A stretch of 64,000 nucleotides of DNA, from contig NC_068996.1 of the NCBI RefSeq assembly GCF_001194135.2, positions 34,810,499 through 34,874,498 on the forward strand. The letters are read 5' to 3'. Positions within the stretch are counted from its first letter, which is position 1; every line of letters begins with the position of its first letter. The position numbers and the translations under genes are program-made. Origin of the DNA: Octopus bimaculoides (Eukaryota). Shown here piece after piece: positions 51,620 through 64,000 of the stretch. The notes below the pieces were generated by a model, which was given only the letters and a program-made list of their open reading frames with translations, was not told the DNA's origin and did not search any database.

Positions 51620-51773
51620 CATGAGTTAGATGACTGAACTGGAACTGGTAAGCCAGAGAGCTACACCAGGTTCTAGTCTGAATTTGGCTTGGTTTCTACA
51701 GCTGGTCAAATTCAGACTGGAACCTGGTGTAGCTCTCTAGTTTACCAGTTCTAGTTAAGCCTTCTAACCCATG
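51620..51773. repeat. Fold-back hairpin of a SINE/RTE-tail fragment
   Basis: The left arm ends at 51686 and the right arm starts at 51707; about 50 bp of well-paired inner stem plus outer CATGAGTTAGA/TCTAACCCATG; 20-nt loop. Confidence 0.9.
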
Positions 51774-52756
51774 ACACGCACACGCACACACGCACACACA
51801 CACACACACATTGAATTCATCTACAGGCCACAAAGATAAACTGTTTATATTTTCTCGTACCCCATTCAGAGCACTTCATTATATTATTTATCTGACCCCT
51901 AAATACCTCTCAAGCGAAATCACCATGACTTAGTGTGATAATGTTGGATCTTTGAATTATTGACAATCCATCTGATGAGCTTTCACACTGTTTCCATATC
52001 TCTGATTCCACAAGAAGCATTGGGTTAATAAGAGGCTTTGGTAAATGGCTTTTGACTATGATGATATCAAAACCCGGGACCTCATGGTTGTGAAGTAAAC
52101 TGTTAAACCTTCACACACAACTATCTAATGAACACACACACAAACACAATATGTATTCTTGTTTAATAGTTGTCAAACTGGTAGGTGTGAAACAAAAAGA
52201 TTTTTTTTTGTTTCATTATTGTTTTCACTTTCTTGCTAAACCTGTCTAATAGATTCAGTTATAATGGCACACTTTGTACCCGGACTTTTTGGATATATGT
52301 AGATGTATGTAGATACCTAGATAGATAGATAGAGATAGATAGATAGCTAGATAAATAGGGAGAGATGTGTATCCATATTCTGTATGTATGACCTTGTAAG
52401 AAAAAGCCAGACATAAAAATTGAAGAGGAGGTGGTGTGTGTGTGTGTGAGAGAGAGAGAGAGGATAATAGCAGAAGGAAGAGAGAGAGAGAGGATAATAG
52501 CAGAAGGAAGAGAGGGAAAGACACTTTTTAACCTTGGAAAGTTACTAAATTCAATTTTAGAAAATTTCCCATGATTCATGATTGATATCACTGACCTAGG
52601 TGGAATACATTTTAGATAAGTTTGTTTCTAAAAATATGTCATCATCATTGACATCACCACAATCATCATTACCAACCCACCACCAATACTGTCATCATTG
52701 CCATCATCATCACCAGAAATAGCAGACAGAGGTTTATTGTTAAAAACAGTCAGGTC

Positions 52757-52975
52757 TTACCTAGCTGTAAGAAGGTATGACAGTGTGATATAGTTCAGTG
52801 TACTCTCCATGACCAACACACTGAACTGTCAGCAGTCCAGTCTACTTAACTGTTGGTAGATACCACAGTGTGGTATAGTTCACTCTACTGTGTCCATGAC
52901 CAACACACTGAACTGTCAACAGTCCAGTCTGCCTAGCTGTAAGTAGGTAACACAGTGTGGTACACTTAACTGTTG
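52757..52975 (+). repeat. About 87-bp tandem repeat, about 2.4 copies
   Basis: CCATGACCAACACACTGAACTGTCA is repeated; CAGTGTG recurs at 86-87 bp spacing. Confidence 0.85.
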
Positions 52976-55155
52976 GCACTCTAGCCCATGTATCTGTAAA
53001 TAGATTCCAATGTGTAGGATAGTAGAATAATGTCCCAATAAAATTTAATATGTAAATATTGTTTACATCATATGAATTTAGAAACTTAGAGAGAAATGAA
53101 ATAAATTGTTTTTGATGGTGAAATACAAAGTAGATGAAACTATAGATAAGAACATATAAATATTGGGTTAAAAAACCTTTTGGATAAAAGTTGAAGGCTA
53201 CCTATGGGACTCTAACCCACATTTTCTGTAACCATGACCGATGTTCTACCATTAGACCAAAGCAATCTATTGAGTTTCAACACATGCATGCATGCGCACG
53301 CACACACACAGATATACTGCTGCATCTAAGAAAGCTAGAACTCAGCTCAATGAAGAATTATTTTGGGTATTGTAAGGTCCAGTGCCTCACATAATGACCA
53401 GTTGGAATCTTTAAATAAGACCAAAGATTCTCAGCTTGGGATTATACTGCTGGCCTCTGTGAAGAAATGAACTTTCTGACTCCCGGATTATACAACAGCA
53501 GTGGTGGTGGTCATGTTTTCATACCGTGCTGGTATGGGTTGAATTGACAGGAGCCAATTGACCAAAGGGCGATGTCTTGCTCCATTGTCTTTTTCTTTTG
53601 CTGGATGGCCTTCCTAATGTCAACCACATTATGTGATGTATTGGAAGACTTTTAGTTGGTACCAACATTGGTGAGGTTCCCTTCTAACTCACAAGACTAA
53701 TGAGAGCTCTCACTTGAGAAGGAAAGTAGGATATAGAATAGGATATTGCTTTTATGTTAGATGTTGGAGGAGGGGGAGAATTGGAATGGATTTGTTATGG
53801 TGGAGGTTCATGGGAAGCCTGAAGTGGTGTCCCAAAGAGAGATTAATATGGTGTTGACAAGGTGCCAGAATGTATCGTCATGAGGATGTATATAAGAAGA
53901 GGAAGAGAAGAGAGTGTAGAGAAAGAAGAAATAAGGATGGTTTGTAAAGTTGCAAGAGAGGAAGAGCGAGAATTGGACGTAGACATGTGACTTTACTACA
54001 TTCACCTCCTGCATATATATGACCTGAGGAAGGAGTCAGAAGAATGCAGAAGGTGAATGTAGTGAATGCTGCTGCCAACAAATCAACCTTTAACTCTGAA
54101 CTTTCTAAGGTATATGGAATAAAAAATATTCTGTATTTGAAAAAAGGATTACGTGTTAGTGATAGGAAGAGCATCTACCTGTAAAATACAGCCTCAAAAA
54201 TAAGTATTTGTCCAAATCAAGCTAACATAGAGGAACAGAAGTAAAGTGAACAAATGAATGTATGTGTGTGCGTTTGTGTGTACATGCTATAAAATTGTTC
54301 AGGAAATTGATTGGAAGTTTGGAAGAAATGTCTACTCCAGAATTTTTCTTTAAATAATGAGCTGAATAAGTCTACTGATTTTAATTGATAAAGAATAATA
54401 TAATTTGGTACCTTTCTCCCATGGGTTGCACAATGCCAGCAATTTTATATCTTTCTATTTATCTCAATGCTGTATCATCTCTTCTGTCTGATCACATTTC
54501 TTCAGATCAGATCCCCCCAATAACCCACAGGAGTCTTCCACCATTGAGCTAATATGGAACTTCTCTACTCAGTCTTTTAGAAATAGCAGCCCAACAATTA
54601 TTAAACTTGCTTATCTTAAGGTACATTGGAGTAGTTGAATGTGGTTTAAACTGCAAAGATACCAATCTACCACTTCCACTTTACAGAACTTTCTCAGCCA
54701 GCATGTCTCATATTAGATATTGAAACACAAGTTGTTATTAACTCTGGAACTCACGCAGAGTAGATGAAGCTACAAATAATAGCATGTATATATTTATATG
54801 CTGTTATTTATAGCTAAATCTAGGGCAGCAAGCTGACAGAATCATCAGGTAAAATGCTTAGCAGTATTTCATCCATCTTTATATTCTGAGTTGAAAATTC
54901 TGCCGAGGTCACTTTTGCCTTTCATTCTTTTGGGATTGATAAAATAAGGAACCAGTTGAGCATTGGAGTTCAATCTTCCTCAAAATTCCTGGCCTTGTGC
55001 CAAAATTTGAAACCATTTTTTATTGCAAAGTCTACTTTGGATTCCCCCCGTTAAAAATGAATGTTTTTCACATCTCACAAAATTTCTAAGTTATGATGTA
55101 AAGAAATACAAGATTATGTCATTTATTTTTTTTATTATTCTTTATATAATTTCAG

Positions 55156-55272
55156 ATGAGAACCAAGTGTCCTTCATGTGTCATTTACAAAGAGGCACTG
55201 CCATACCAGCGGCTGTCGTTGTCTACGAATATGTGAAGGTTACTGGCAATTTTAGAAAATGGACAGATTGTG
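55156..55272 (+). CDS. Clock: Clock PAS-A C-terminal exon (DENQVSFMCHLQRGTAIPAAVVVYEYVKVTGNFRKWTDC)
   Basis: tttcag acceptor and gtgagt donor; 117 nt, phase 1 to 1; F-CH--RG and YEYVK--GNF motifs. Confidence 0.95.
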
Positions 55273-56963
55273 GTGAGTTCTCTCATTTTCTTTGTTTTAT
55301 TGTCACCAGTTTATTAGCCTTCTTTGAAATATCCATGAAACATAGGCACCAATGAGTAAAGTACTTAACTCTTATTTTTGAAGCACCACATTAGCAAATG
55401 AAAGACAAATCACACCTGGACAGGATGCAAACCTATCACAAGTTAATTTTTCCAAGTTCTGTTAGCCGTTAGTCATAGCTTGATAAACTGAGTTATACAG
55501 AATATAGTGTCCTGCCATGAGACATAACAAACTGCAGGTCTTCACACACACAACTTCTAATAATGTTTGATCCTCCCTTGTCTTCTCCGTTGAACCTCTA
55601 AACATTTGCTTGTTTTGCTAGAAATAACAACTATATCTCTTTCAAATCACTTCATACCATTTCAGATAAGCGTATTTTGGATGATGTAGTTCTGCATATT
55701 GAAAAAAATCAGGATGGTCACACCTGGAATGCTTTGAAGCATTTTAAGTCAGTCAAAGCTAGCCTTCCCTGGGATGGAGTGGTGTCCCATCCAGGGTGGG
55801 GGGGAATAATATATAATATACATTAGAGAAAACTGCCCTTATGGCTTAGGAAGGATCATTGATCCTTTGAAGGCTTACCTAGCCTAAACAGCATCACCAA
55901 TTGTCACATCCAATGACATAACCTAATACTTCTTTGCATTTGTCTTCGGGGAATTGACTTCTCTCTTGTCGGTTATGAACATTCTTGCCATGTCGTCATC
56001 GTCGCCGCCATCGCCGTCACCACTACCATCATAATCGTCATTATCATCATTTAACATCCATATTCCTCACTTGCATCAGTTGGAATGACAGGAGTTAGCA
56101 AGCTGGAGAGCTGCCTAGACTCCAGTTGTCTGATTTGGCTTGGCTTCTATGGCTGGATGCCCTTCCTAATGCCAATACTTTACAGAGTGGACTGGGTGCT
56201 TTTTATGTGGCACCAGCCTGAGTGCTTTTTATGTGGCACTAGCACGAGTTCTTTTTACATGGCACCAGCACAAGTGCTTTTTATATGGCACCACCATGGT
56301 AGTTCTTGATTTGTCTTCAATTTCTTTTTCCCTCTGGTGGTGTTCATTTGAAAGCTGTTTTAGGCTGTCATTGTTCTGGTAGCCTGAGTATGTGATCTGC
56401 TAGTTGTAATCATTGTTCTGTGAAGATTTTGCTAAATGGTCTTTTATTGGTCCTCTTTAGAATATCTTCATTGTTTATGTGGTCTTGCCAGTATGCTCTT
56501 ACAATCCTTCTCAAGCATCTTTGGTGGAGCATATATAGCCTTCTGCCAATTTCCACAGTGCTCTTCCACTGTCTCATCTCACTTCAGCTCTGGGTTACCT
56601 TAATCAATCATGTTTAGGTTTTTAATCAGATTACATTATCATTTTAACATCTACTTTTCCATATCCGCATGGGTTAGATGAGAATATTTTGTAGCTGAGT
56701 TTCTCTATAGTCAGATGCTTACTTTTCCTGACACCAAACTATACTTGTTTCCAAGTGATCTAATACTCACCCCCCATTGTATCAAATAACTAACATCCCA
56801 GACATGTTTACTTTTTTCTATTTATCATACTTTGATATGAAAAATGATTCACAACCTTCCATCTCAATAAACCATCATTGTCCCTGAAAGTCGTTTTTGA
56901 TATTTACTACAGATTGCTTGAAGCGAACTTTCTTCCTACACCTCAATCCCTGGATCTTACATT

Positions 56964-56994
<31 letters not shown>

Positions 56995-57001
<7 letters not shown>

Positions 57002-57206
57002 TCTTTTACTTGTTTCAGTCATTTGACTGTGGCCATGCTGGAGCACCACCTTTTTAGTCGAGCAAATCGACCCCAGGACTTATTCTTTGTAAGCCTAGTA
57101 CTTATTCTATCGGTCTCTTTTGCTGAACCGCTAATTTACGGGGACGTAAACACACCAGCATCGGTTGTCAAGCGATGTTGGGGGGACAAACACAGACACA
57201 CAAATG

Positions 57207-57246
<40 letters not shown>

Positions 57247-57380
57247 TTTATACAACAGGCTTCTTTCAGTTTCCGTCTACCAAATCCACTCACAAGGCTT
57301 TGGTTGGCCCAAGGCTATAGTAGAAGACATTTGCCCAAAGTGCCACGCAGCGGGACTGAACCTGGAACCATGTGGTTTGT
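56995..57380 (-). mobile_element. Dominant tRNA-headed SINE family containing a (CA)n/(GT)n tract
   Basis: Near-complete copy. Others lie at about 3030-3470 (+), 23240-23620 (+), 39380-39700 (+), 41270-41430 (-) and 48830-49780 (-, nested). Shared CCTTGGGCAAGTGTCTTCTACTATAGC core. Confidence 0.85.
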
Positions 57381-58089
57381 AAGCCTAGTACTTATTCCAT
57401 TGGTTTATTTTGCTGAACCACTAAGTTACGAGGATGTAAACTCACCAACATCGATTGTCAAGCAATGGTGAGGGGACGAGCACACGCACATAAACAACAG
57501 TTTCCCTCTACCAAATCCACTCACAAGGCTTTGGTGGGCTATAGTAGAAGATACTTGCCAAGATGCTACACAGCCACTCATATATATAAATGATATTATA
57601 TATAAATGATATTATTTATAAGTGATCGATGCCAGGACTGCCTGACTGGCTCCTGTGCCATTGGTACGTAAAAAGTACCCACTACACCTCAGAGTGGTTG
57701 GCATTAGGAAGGGCATCCAGCTGTAGAAACATTGCCAGATCAGATTGGAGCCTGGTGCAGCCGCTGACTTTCCAGACCTCAGTCAAACCATCCAACCCAT
57801 GCCAGCATGGAAAACAGACGTTAAACAATGATGATGATGATGATTTTAAAAAATATATGTACTAATATATTGATTTCAAATTTTGGCAGAAGGCCAGCAT
57901 GTTTAGGGGTTGGGGCAAGTCAATTACATCATCTCCAATACTGAAGTGGCCCTTATTTTATCAATCCCAAAAAGATGAAAGGCAAAGTCAACCACAGTAG
58001 AATTTGAACTCAGACTGGAAAAATGGACAAAATGTTGTGAAGTATTTTTCCCAGTCTGCAAATGATTCTGCTAGTTCATTGCCTATTTA

Positions 58090-58141
<52 letters not shown>

Positions 58142-59339
58142 GTGTGTGTGTATATATATTAATGTTTGTTTTGTGGAGGCACAGGGCCTAATGGTTAGAG
58201 CAGTGGATTCGCAGTTGAGGGATTGCAGGTTCGAATCTCAGACTGGGTGATGTATATGTTCATGAACAAAACACCTAAGCTCTTCGCGGCTCCAGCAGAA
58301 GGTAATAGCAAACTTCTGCTGACTCTTTCGCCACATCTTTCTCTCACTCTTTCCTCCTGCATCTAGCAGCTCACCTGTGATGGACCGGTGTCCCATCCAG
58401 GTAGGGAAATGAAACCGGGAAATTGGCCCTTATGAGCTAGGCATAGCTTGAGAAGGAACAAACAACAACAATGTTTGTTTTAATGTTAACTTATGTATAA
58501 AAACAATTTAACTTTAAACTGAAGGATTACTTTATGATTTTTAGTAAAGTACATTTCATTTTACAAAATAAAGATTGACATTAAATTCAAACTTTTGATT
58601 TATTTTGCCATCATCAACTTCAAAGTCCCTGGGCAAGTGTCTTCTACTATAACCAAATCCACTCACAAGGCTTTGGTTATAGTAGAAGAAACTTGCCCAA
58701 GGTGCCATGTAGTGAGATTGAACCTGGAACCATGTGGTTGGTAAGCAAACTTCAAAACTACACAACTATGCCTGCACTTACGCAAGGACCAAATTTTTTT
58801 TATCCATCTAATAGTTTGATTCCGTATTTGTTATGACATCATCATCATTTAATGTTTGTTGTCCATGCTAGCATGGATTGGATGGTTTGACTGGCTGGCA
58901 TGCTGGAAGACTGCACCAGGTTCCAGTCTGATTTGGCATGGTTTTCTACAGCTGGATGCCATTCCTAACACCAACCACTCTGAGAGTGTAATGGATGCTT
59001 TTATCACTGGCACAGGTGCTATTTGTGTGACACTGGTGTGCATTTACTTACACTGCTTGGTGCCAATTTTCATAACACCAGTATCTGTCACAACTGCGAC
59101 TTTGCTCAGCTTGATGGGTCTTCTCAAGCATGACATAATGCCAAAAGTTTTGGTCATTGCCTCTGTGAGATCCAACAGTCGAAAGGAACTCAGCCACTTT
59201 GCCTCTGTGAGACCCAACATTCAAAAGATGTTCTTTACATGCCACCAGCACAAGTGCACTTGGCTTGATGGGTCCTCTCAAGCATAGTACATCACCAAAG
59301 GTCTTGGTCATTGTTTTGTTGTTGCTTTTTTTATTTCAG

Positions 59340-59538
59340 CCCCAACATTTAACGATGACGGCACGCGGAAATTTTCCAAAGACTTCAACCAGTCTGTGGC
59401 TGAAACTGCCTGCTTTTGTTGTACAGTCCAGCTTCAGCCTTGTCAACTCATCAGAGAAATGTCCAATATTGATGAAACAAAGGCAGAATTCACTTCCAGA
59501 CACAGCTTTGAATGGAAATTTTTATTTCTCGATCACAG
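59340..59538 (+). CDS. Clock: Clock PAS-A/PAS-B linker and PAS-B start exon (APTFNDDG...LIREMSNIDETKAEFTSRHSFEWKFLFLDHR)
   Basis: tttcag acceptor and gtaggt donor; 199 nt; EFTSRHS-EWKFLFLDHR motif. Confidence 0.97.
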
Positions 59539-59762
59539 GTAGGTTAATATTTATAATGGATTGCCATTTTCAATGGGTGTGCAGCACACACCTAACATAC
59601 CTGGAATATACGCCCCTGGTCTCAACTTGTTGCATCTAAAACCCCAAACTGTATTCCAAAACTGGCATAGATTAGACAGATTTTAACGTTATTTGAGATT
59701 TAACATAACTTCATAACACATGCAAATAATTTGTATTTCTCTGATTCTCTTTTATTTTGAAG

Positions 59763-59869
59763 AGCACCACCCATTATTGGTTACCTGCCCTTTGAAGTAC
59801 TTGGTACGTCAGGCTATGATTATTATCATCCAGATGATTTAGAAAAACTTTCAAAATGCCATGAGCAGT
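59763..59869 (+). CDS. Clock: Clock PAS-B exon ([35 protein letters not shown])
   Basis: tttgaag acceptor and gtaagt donor; 107 nt; near-invariant CLOCK PAS-B sequence. Confidence 0.97.
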
Positions 59870-61902
59870 GTAAGTATAATGTCTTTTTTCACTCTATTAA
59901 TATAGATATACCAATGCTTCCAACAGACTTCTAACGTTGTTATTTAGTAGTAGTGGTAGTGACAGCAGCAACAGCAAGAGTAGTAGTGGTTTTAATCTTG
60001 TTTCTGGTTCCACTTCTGTAATTTTTTTGTAACTTATTTGACTTTTTGGACTATATATATAGGTGTGTGTATATGTGCATGTATATATATATATATATAC
60101 AGTTCTTCAGAATCAGGTTCCAACGGGCAAAGTTATAGAAGAAACTTGAATAATATCTGTCACTGGTCTTAAAAGTCATCTAAGGGCTCATTAATGGAGT
60201 GATTGTACTGTGATGTATACACTATACGTTTATGCAGCACATTTGTAAAGTACCTTGTATATATATATATATATTGTATACATGGCACTCAATGTGTTAA
60301 TGACTCTGAGGAAGCTACAGCATGATTACACAAAGCACTCACTTCTAAGCACATTGAGTCTTATAGCAGAAACAACTGTAAGCTAATGAAGGTAATCATG
60401 TAACTCCTGTTCTCTTGTCAGTCCTTGATTAACACACACAAACATATATGATATAAAACAAATGTATATATATATATATATATATAATATAATATAATAT
60501 AATATAATATAATATAGGATAAATTCTTTATATATATCCATACATTTGTTTTATGTTGGACAGATACACATTTGAAGCAGTATTTTACAACGCTGGACGC
60601 CCTACCTGTTGTCAACCCTTACCTGTTTTACAAGGAAGGGATTTTTTCCCACTTGACTTTGAGAGAACATACATAGAGCAACAAATGAATCAAAAGCCAA
60701 AAAGGGAAATTAATAAAACATTTGTCTGCATCCCCATGAGTAATTGTGCGTGCGTGTGTGTGTCTTGTCTGTCTGTTTGTATTACACATATACTTTAACT
60801 CAATACACCTTGTTTTAAAATAATGTATATATTCCTATAAGTGCAAAAAGTGTGTGGTTTTGGGTTCAGTCCCACAGTGTGACACCTTGGGCAAGTATCT
60901 TCTACTATAACCTTGGGCCAACCAAAGCCTCGTGTATGGATTGGTGGACTGGTACATGGAAACTAAAAGAAGTGTATTGTGTGTGTTTGTGTATGTGTGT
61001 GTATTACCATCTCCTTGACTTAACATTGTTTGGTAGTTATAAGCTAGTGTCAGTGTCATGCAAGCAGTGTCCTTCATGAGATTGTCTTGTCGGGTATATA
61101 TTACTTACCTTACTTGAAAACAAGTGGAAGTTAGCAAGAAGAAAGGCACTTAGCTGTAGAAAATCCACTTTGATATATTCATCCAATCTATGCAATCATG
61201 GAAAAGAAGAGACATTAAAATGATGATGATGACGATGACAATGATGTTGATGATGAAGCAACATGAATATTGCCATATATGTAATTGATTCTGTGCTAAG
61301 TTACTGCAGTATATTAGATGTAGCTATAGTTTCTAACTATGCTATGTGTATATACAGCATACACCATCCCCAGCGAGCTGGCGGAATTGTTAGAATGCCA
61401 GGCAAAATGTTTAGCAGTATTTCGGATGTCTTCATATTCTGAGTTCAAATTCCGGCAGGATCAACTTTCCATTTCATCCTTTCGGGATCAATAAATTAAG
61501 TACCAGTGAAACACTGGGGTCGATGTAATCAACTATCCCCTCCCCCAAATTTCAGGCCTTGTGCCTATAGTAGAAAGGATCATTATTATTAATAAGGTGA
61601 CAAGCTGGCAGATTCATTAGCACACCAGGTGAAATGCTTTGCAGCATTTTATCCCTCTTTACATTCTGAGTTAAAATTCAACTTTGCTTTTCATCCTTTC
61701 GGGGTCCCCGCCCACAAAATTGCTGCCCTTGTGGCAAAATTTAATATCATTATCATTATTATTATTATTCTGCTGAGGTCGATTTTGCCTTTTATCCTTT
61801 CAGGGTCAATGAAATAAGTATCAGTTATACACTGGGGTCGATGTAATTAACTAATACCCTCCCACCAAATTCCAGGCCTTGTGCCCATAGTACAAAGGCT
61901 AA

Positions 61903-62266
61903 TTACCTCTGCCTTAGTGAAGGTGGAGGTATTGTTTTCAGTTGTGTTTTGTTTGTTTGTCTGTGGACAGGATATCTCAAGAACCGCTGGATGGATTTGG
62001 ATGAAACTTTCAGGGTTGTTTGGCCTCGTGACTGGCACAAACTGATTAGTTCTTGGGATTGATCTGATACTGGACAAGCATTCTGGATTACTTTTCCTGT
62101 TTTTTTACTTAATTTTTGAGAGCGGTCAGGTTCATTTTTAGTATTCTTGTTTGTGAGAGCAGTCGAGTTTATTTCAGATATTCTCATTTCAAAAATCATC
62201 TCTGGTTAATCATTGAGAGGATGTTGGTGTTGCCTTGGCGGAGGTTTGCACTGTCTGAGTGCTCTT
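61903..62266 (+). mobile_element. Helentron-associated non-autonomous element (HINE/DINE-1-like)
   Basis: 5' TTACCTCTGCC subTIR, (GTTT/GTCT) microsatellite, 3' CCTTGGCGGAGG subTIR, GCAC-tgtctga-GTGC stem-loop, then TCTT. Confidence 0.75.
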
Positions 62267-62504
62267 ATTATTATTACCGAGGCAGTGAGCTGGTAGAATT
62301 GTTAGTGCATATGATGAAATGTTTAACTGCATTTCTTTTGATTCATTATATTCTTCTTAGTTCTGATGCTGCCTAAATTAATTTTACCTTTTTGGTATCA
62401 ATAAAATAAGTATCAGTTGAGCAATGGGGATGATGCAATCAACTTGCCTCCTCCACTAAAAATTGGTCATCTTGTGAAAGCAAGCCTTGTGCCAAAATAA
62501 GAAA

Positions 62505-62538
62505 TCACCACCATTACTACTGCTATGACTACTAATAT

Positions 62539-62579
<41 letters not shown>

Positions 62580-62599
62580 TTACTACTACCACCACCACC

Positions 62600-62640
<41 letters not shown>

Positions 62641-62650
62641 CACCACCACC
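62505..62650. repeat. Compound (TAC)n/(CAC)n microsatellite just upstream of the PAC exon
   Basis: Read directly; a similar (TAC)n tract lies at 42545-42600. Many (TA)n, (CA)n, (CAT)n and (TATC)n tracts occur throughout the window. Confidence 0.95.
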
Positions 62651-62694
62651 ATGTTCAAGTCATAATTTTGTATTTCATCCTCATTTTCTTGCAG

Positions 62695-62842
62695 TAATGC
62701 ATGCAGGTGAAGGTACATCATGTTTCTACCGGTTTTTAACCAAAGGACAACAGTGGATTTGGTTAAGAACTCGTTATTATATCACATATCACCAGTGGAA
62801 CTCTAAACCAGAATTTATTGTATGTACTCATAAAGTTGTCAG
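62695..62842 (+). CDS. Clock: Clock PAC exon ([50 protein letters not shown])
   Basis: ttgcag acceptor and gtaaga donor; 148 nt; [12 protein letters not shown] and [17 protein letters not shown] motifs. The gene continues beyond the window. Confidence 0.97.
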
Positions 62843-63304
62843 GTAAGAAAAAAATATTATCTGTCCATTTTGGTTTCTACTCTTACATACTTCAAACTTG
62901 TCATCCTGGGACATATCTAATCCAGGTGACCCAATACATGCCATTCTGGGATTTTACAGAGATAATTTAACCTGGATGACCTGGGATTTTACAGAGATTG
63001 TCTAATCTTAGGTGATCCCAAGATTTTACAGATAATTTAAACTAGATGATCCATATTGTCATAATGTATAATACCAAAATTTATGGGATTTATTCATGCA
63101 AACAGTTTGTGTTTATTAACTGTATATTGCATTATTTGTTAATGAAGGAGCCCCTAGTCAATCAGTTGACCTGCTAGAAGTAGCAGCTAAATCTCTTTCA
63201 GATTGAACCTTGCCAACTAAAAATAGGAAGGATATATTAGGTAACATAACATCCTACATGCAACCAGAAATATGTTGGAGCACTTGTACCTAGAATGATG
63301 CCCT

Positions 63305-64000
63305 TCAGCAATGCTGTGGTATTGTGAGGATGTAAGTTTTCCCTTCAAGGGAAAACTTTAGCTGTAATAGTCCATAGTATTTAAATCTGGCAAGTTTAGA
63401 GGCCACAAGTTTGGTGTTACATGATTGTAAAGGTTGTCTGATAGCCAGTCTTGTTGAAGCGTGAATGACCTTCCACATCCAAAATGTAACAGATGTCTCC
63501 AGCATCTCACTGTATCTCACAGCATTAAATCTAAAACACTGTGGGAGGATGTGAGATGGCATAACATGAGCTTTGTTACTCACAACTCCTAAAACCATTG
63601 TAGTTGCTAGAAACTTAGTGTGCATCACTCTGGAGGGACATCAGGAAGATCTGCATATAACCATCTGCCATTTCTCTCATTAGAGTTTTGGTCTTGGTTG
63701 AAGTTTTTCTCATCAAAGAACCAAAGTATGCCATGTTTGTGAAGGTTTTTAGCCACTTGGAATGAGCCAAATAATTTTCCTTGGTCTTCATTGAAGTTTT
63801 TCTCATCAAAGAACCAAAGCATGCCATGTTTGAGAAGGTTTTTAACCACTTGCTAATAGTTTTCCTGCGTCTTTGCAGACATGAATTACCTTCTATGTAT
63901 GACCTGTATGAAATATCTTCATACACCACAGTTCTGATAGTTCACTTCAAACCTGAAATTCTTTGGTGATGATCTTCATTGATTTTCTGGGATCGTTATC
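63305..64000 (-). mobile_element. Decayed Tc1/mariner-superfamily transposase
   Basis: WFFDEKNFNQDQ..N.RWL, HTKF.AT.MVLGVVSN..HVMP.H..PQ and NLWPLNLPDLN (WPPNSPDLN-like) motifs in broken frames. Confidence 0.8.

Noticed and set aside
38608-62842. Alternative identity as another bHLH-PAS gene (cycle/BMAL1, ARNT, SIM, HIF, Met)
   Set aside because: [58 protein letters not shown] and [17 protein letters not shown] are CLOCK/NPAS2-specific; NPAS2 is a vertebrate paralogue.

Overview
AT-rich, microsatellite-dense animal genomic scaffold with seven N-gaps. The repeat style and Clock sequence suggest an octopus or other coleoid cephalopod; this is inference, not a database result. The only host gene found is the 5' part of a + strand Clock (bHLH-PAS) gene. 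Nine coding exons between 30377 and 62842, read by hand, splice in frame through canonical AG/GT sites and encode bHLH, PAS-A, PAS-B and PAC. The start exon is not securely located and the gene runs past the window end. The rest is intronic or upstream DNA packed with RTE LINE remnants, Penelope-like (PLE) remnants, tRNA-headed SINEs, Tc1/mariner and piggyBac-like MITEs, a Helentron-type HINE and two copies of a non-autonomous Helitron carrying degenerate (TTAGGG)n. The most interesting signal is a set of hammerhead ribozyme (HHR) motifs in short non-coding elements. One is a nearly intact type I HHR with a U3-A8 covariant core (50059-50101, minus strand). Two more lie in a tRNA-headed element present as a ~250-bp-arm head-to-head palindrome (33829-34346), and further decayed cores occur elsewhere. 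Together they suggest PLE-mobilised, ribozyme-bearing SINE/retrozyme-like elements inside the Clock locus. Novelty could not be checked without searches.
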